A stretch of DNA of 63,969 bases, counting the filler, from an uncultured bacterium (lineage in GTDB: Bacteria; Auribacterota; CAZIXI01): assembly GCA_964543115.1 (NCBI GenBank). It is 3 parts of 3 records of this genome, joined end to end, with 100 filler letters (N's around TTAATTAATTAA, not from the genome) between each part and the next. Parts side by side here need not be neighbours in the genome. Positions count along the whole stretch, not along the records: positions 26,137 to 51,330 come from CAZIXI010000016.1; 2 more parts are not named here. One strand, 5' to 3'. The notes below the pieces were generated by a model. The model was given only the letters and a program-made list of their open reading frames with translations, did not search any database and was not told the DNA's origin. This document shows positions 41,101 to 47,100 of this stretch, in pieces. Each line of letters begins with the position of its first letter. Position 1 is the stretch's first letter. The position numbers and the translations under genes were made by a program.

Positions 41101-44100
41101 AATCGCTGAAACGATTGAACAAATTACAGAAATAGAGTTCCCGGAAGAACTGGCAGCGGTAAAACCCGAACTTTACCGTCAGCTGCTGCTCACTGCTGAC
41201 GATCAACCGGCAATCCCGACAATAGAATCAGCCTTTACCCGCCGGCGCCTGCTGCTCCTCCGCCTGCGCGAAGCAATCAAGGCGGGAGCCGCTGTAGACA
41301 TTGCTGCCCTTCGCATTAAAATAGCAGAATTAGCAGGAAAAACCCCACCAGCCAGCCAGCCGGCACCGGCTGCTGGTTCCGCTAAAGGTATTCTTACCGG
41401 TGAAAAAGATAAATTAAGCGCTTGGATTTTAATGTTGCTTAACCTACGGCGTCCGGAAACGATAAAAACTGTTTGGAATGAAATCTCTAGCCGGGCCGCT
41501 GGCTTAGAATTCCGTACTTTAAGCGATAATGCCTATCGCACATTAAAACCAGGCACCCTGATTAAAACCCGCAGAGGAGAACTGGCTATTTCACTGGAGA
41601 GCCCGGACCACATGGAATTCCGCTGCTTTGACGTTGGCACAGATCCATCTTCCGGTGAAGTATTATTCGGAAGGATATCCTATGATCGATATGAGGAACG
41701 TCTGACCTACTATCCCCTGGAGGGCTGGAAAGAAGATAGCGCGGAATCTGCTGACAACACTCCACCAATCGAATCCATAATGGCCCGCTTGGAAACGCTT
41801 CTTGCAGAATTAAGCTCGGCCCAGCTGCAAAACCCAGCCGCGGCGGCGCAAAAAGACCGCATCTCTCCTGCCTTACCGCAAATGCAAGAACTAGCAGATC
41901 TACTTGAACCATTCGCCCTGATACTTGAACCGGACTTCAGCATAGAGCAAATAGTATTAAAAAAAGAACGTAGAAGAGCGGGGGCATTTATCAGGCGTAT
42001 TTTAGCGTCAGATAAGCATTCTGATCCCATAGTTTTATTGGAAAAAATACTCCATCAGGCCCGGCTGGATTTTCCCTTTCGCGCCAACCATTTTGAAAAA
42101 TTAATCGAACTAGAGAAAAAACTGCCGGAATGGCTGGCCCTGGCCGCTAAACGCACGGAAAAACAACTGGCCCCGCCGCTGCCGGCAGAAGCAAAAGAAC
42201 GCCTGCCCCACCTGATCGGTCAGTTTCACACTGCCGTTTACTTAAAGAAAACGAAAAAATCAATTGCGCTTTGGGACCAGCTTGCCCAAACACTGCTGGA
42301 ATTTGATCAAGAGAAAGATTTCCCGCCAATAGACCTTGAAAAAGATCCCGCCACCCTAGAAAGAGGCGACATTTTAAAGCACAAAGAACACGGTTACCTC
42401 ATCCTGGAAAGATTATTCTATCCAAACATGCTCGGCCAAAGTTACGCTGAGCAACCGCTCTACGGTAGTTTTATCTATAAAGAATATGAAAAAGATAAAT
42501 GGAAAATAATGAGAATAGAACTGCCCATTGCCGAACTTAAAAATACTAACCAATTTTACCGTTCCGGCTTTGACAGTAAAATGGTACCCCTCACCCCTGC
42601 TCCCCAATCAGCGGAATCCGCTGACGACACACCACCTATGCCCACAATGCAAGACCTAAAAATCCTTTTCTACACAAGAGACATAAAGCTGGATTTTAGG
42701 CCCGGCTATGATGAGGACCGGATAGAATTTGATGAAGTGGATAAGGGGTGGAGTACAGGCATAGGGAGAATCAGGGTCTCAGCTAAAGTTTCCGACCCCA
42801 TCATTTTGTTAGAAAAAATCCTGGCCAAGATCCGGTTACACGATCTATTTCGAACACAGGAAACCCTTAGATATGACGTAGAGCAATTTGAAGAAAAACT
42901 GCAGGAATGGCTGGCCCTACCCGCGCGGGCAGCCAGAAGAAAATCAGCCGCTCCCCTGCCGGCCGAACCGGCGTCACAAACAGAAGAAATACCCGCTAAT
43001 CTGCCGCAATTAGACAACCTGCTGCTGGAAACCGGAATTGACCCGATGGACACAAATCCCTTAACCGCGGCACTGCTGGATACGCTGCTCTCGCTGATAG
43101 AAACATACCAAGCAAGTGTGGGCTTAGATATTTTAGAAAACACTGATCTTCAGGAACTGCTGACCAGAGAGTGGTTCTATGAAATCCTGGTGGCTATCTG
43201 GGCTTTTCAACCCAAGCCCACGGTAAAAGAGCGCCTACTGGCCATTCTAGCTAAATCACCATTTTATCCGGGAGCTACTACAGAAGGCAGCAACCCTGCC
43301 CCGGCTGCCGATCAACCCGCAGCTGCACCTGCCGCAAAAAGGAAATATCAGAATCCATTCTACATACCATGGGAAACAAGATCAATTGTCCAGGAACTTG
43401 CTCGGTCAATTCCTACTGATAAAGAAATATCTGATGCTGAACTTTTACTTAAACTTCCTGCTGATATCCTGCTGGGCACACAAAGAATCACGGGAGGAAT
43501 ACTGATTAGACTTCTCGGCATAACAAACTCACCACAAAAACAACGGGTAATGAAAATGCTTTCAGGCATGTATAACTCTAAAAGAAGCATTAACACTATC
43601 ATTCAGTTATACAAGTTCCCAAATTGGAATTATGATTTACTCCCGCAGTTTTTAGAATTAATAACAATTTTGTTTACTGATTCTCCTCTGCGCTATGCCG
43701 ACATTGCAGATTCACTGGAAGAACTCCGCAGTACTCTCCAAACTGCCGCTGGGAAAGACAACCCAGAAAAGAGTAATTTTAAAGACTACCTGGCTGCCGC
43801 CCTGGAAACAACAGAACGCCTAAAATGGCTCGACCGCCTGCAAAAAAGCCCGGACCGGGAAAAAGAACTTAATACATTATCTGGCCAGGAATGGTTCAAG
43901 ATCCCCAATTATCTTGTTCTTGGCAAAAAACAAAAATTCCTGGGCATACAACAGATTATCCTGGAAATTGTGGCAGGGAATCCGGAAATTGGTTTATCGC
44001 TAAAAAACCATGCAATCACAATTACTCAAATTATGGCCACAATCAGCAGAACAGAACCGATGATTCCCGATGAATATAGAATCACTGCCCTGAAAGCACT

Positions 44101-47100
44101 GACCAAATTAGAAAAAGGCAGTTTCAGTCGCCAGTTACTGGAAGATCTGGAAAAAATCCTGAAAAGTGATGACTACACCATGCCGGTGCGCCGGGCCGCG
44201 GCTATTACCTATGGCAAACTGCTCACCCGAAACTATCTCCGGGAAGATTCCAGATTTGAGAAACTTAAGCGTGATCTGCCCGTTGAACTTTATCATCTGA
44301 TAAATCTTTCTCTTTCTGATGTTAGCAGCCGGCCGGAAAGCTGGCGCTTAGTTGACACTATTAACTATATTCTTTCAAGATTACAAGCGCCTGATGTTCT
44401 TGCCCATCTTTTAGACACTCTACCGGAAAGCTCCTGGCCGGATTATCAAGACCAACTGGTTGTCAACGCCACGGTACCCGATCGTGAAACATCCCTGAAA
44501 AGCCTGGCCGCCCTGCGCCGCCTGGATCTCCCAGGCACGGCAAACACACTGCAGGATCTCTTTGCTGATTTTTATCTTGTTGATCTGAGTCCCGAGCAAG
44601 AGGAACATTATCGGGAATTTGCTTATACTATCGGCTGGTTACTTGAAGACTGGCAGTTGAAAAAATACCGGTCCGCTCTGCAAACAACTGACAATGCCCG
44701 CCTGCCCGAATGGGTTATTGCCGGCTGGCTGGACCGCCAATGGACAGAGAAACAAATAACACCATCCTCACCCACTACGGACCCGGGTGCCTCCACCTCC
44801 CCGGAGGCGCCTGGTGTTCCGCTACCGGCAGAACCCGTTACTCCAGCAGAAAAAGAACGGCAACGATTAATTAATGAGGCCAGAGAAATCCTGGATCGTA
44901 GAGACGACAATACTGAACAAAGGCTATACGCCCTAAACATACTCTTTAGATTCGAAGCAGGGCATGCTGAAATAGAGATACCGGCGGAAATCACCGGCAC
45001 TCCTGAAAACTCCCAGGAAATACTACTAAGCATTGCCGCTAAAATCAATGCCGGCCAAAAACTTTTTCGTGATGATCTGATAGCATTATTTGCCATGCAG
45101 CCCTCGCAGCTTAAAACCAGCATACTAGAATTACTGCCGAAAGTGCTCACCTTCGAAGAGCTGGAAAATATTGCCGGCACCCAGACAGGGCAAGAGAAAA
45201 GTAAAAATGCACCTTGTGCACTTAAGGCGCTGGGATTAATTACCAAACAAACGGGGCGTTCACTCAGTGAAGAAAGATTAAAAGTTCTTCTTCTAAGAAT
45301 AACCACTGACTGGTCTAAAAACTCTACCTCCTGGCTGGCCCTGGGTAGAATCAGACATGCAAATTCAGTCAAAACAGCAGAAAAATTCTCTTCCGTAATG
45401 AACAATCGCTGGACAGAAATGGGCCTCAGGGAAAAAGGCGCGGTCCTCCAGCTCGTTGGCGAGAATCCTGCTTTAAGGATTCCCCTAAAATACCAGCAGC
45501 AAATTTTATCGGCAATTAAAGATATTCTCAAGAATAAAGAATTCGTCCGCACTGAGATACCTGCTGTTATCAAGGCCCTGGAAAATCTAGAGCCGCCGGA
45601 CGAACCGGAAAAAATGCGCCCGCTAATGGAAGCCCTGGAAAATATCATTACAAAAACCATAGAAGCAGAAGAAAAAAGTACTTCCTATACAGATCTCTTA
45701 CCAGTGGGAATTGCCGCAAGCATCACCCTGGGAAGATTACTGACAAAAGATTATCTGGAATGGAGCATGACTAATAACGGCTTTTTTTACGGCATCACCC
45801 GTGATCCGAGAGAATGGCAGCGTCAATGGCTGAAAAGCATGACCCTGATCTTTATGTTACAAAAAACACGAAGACAAATAGACTGGTTGACAAATGATTA
45901 TATTGATGTTCCCCTGAGAACAATATTAATGCGGGCAGCGCCAAGATTAGCCTGTCTGGAAAACGCCTTTATTGCTGATCTGGAAAAACATATTGATGAT
46001 ATTATTGTAATAGCAACTTCCAGCAACCAAAAAGGAGCAGAAGCCGCCTTTGCCATTTTACGGCAATTCACTAACAGTGGTGATGTTGTCAATCGTCTGA
46101 CAAATACGCTAAAGAATCCAGACCTATCATTATCAATTAAGGAAATTAGTGAAATCGCCTATACAATCGGCTGGCATTTATCCGGCAACATAAATAAAGT
46201 AAATGCCTTCATCACCGGCAGACTGGACCGCAGTAAAAGCAACACCTGGTATGTCGCCCGCTGGCTCACCGCCGGCTGGATCAACAGTCAGCTGAGGAAA
46301 ACAGAAGAAGAAACTTCCCCGGCAAACAATCCCGGCACACCGGCTGCTGAGCCTGATCCTGATTCCCCGCTGCGCACTGATTTAACTACGGAAGAAATCC
46401 GCGGCCGGCTAATCACCGCGGTAAAAACCGTATTGCAAGGGCAGCTGCAACTGCCGGCCAACGAAAGGAATCCTGAATATATTCAAACCTGCTTGGATAC
46501 ACTATATAAACACACCCGAAACCTAAATGATCTGGAAATACTCTTCACAGCTAATGGCCGGCAACAATACCGAAATTTTCGACCTGAACTACTGAGTAAC
46601 ATTAATGATGAAGGCTTATTGCTTCTACTGCGTATATTGGTAAAACACAATATTAAGACAAACATCAACACATTCCTCTATAGCTTTATTGTTTCCGCCA
46701 ACGAAGAAGTAGCCAGGGAAGCAATTAAAATACTTCTGAATCTCTACAATGAACCCGCCGATATCTCTATCATTTGGCGCAATTTAATGGATTTTACAGA
46801 AGCTACGGAAGAAGAAAAAAAACGCATTGCCAAAACACTGATCGAAATAGTTGTGAGAAACGGCAAGATCCCGAGGAATTTAGATGATCGTTTCCGCACT
46901 TTGCCCGAGATCAAGTATCTGGAAGTAATACTTGGAAACGAAGTGGAAACCTGTGAAGATCCTCCGGCAAACATAGACCTGCAAAAAATTCTCCTAAAAA
47001 GACTCTTACAAATCCTGATCCGTCAAGAAGACATCGAAATAATCTACTCTTCTTTAGGAAAATTCGCCCCCTGTGCGGAACTGGCCCGGCTCGTCGCCAG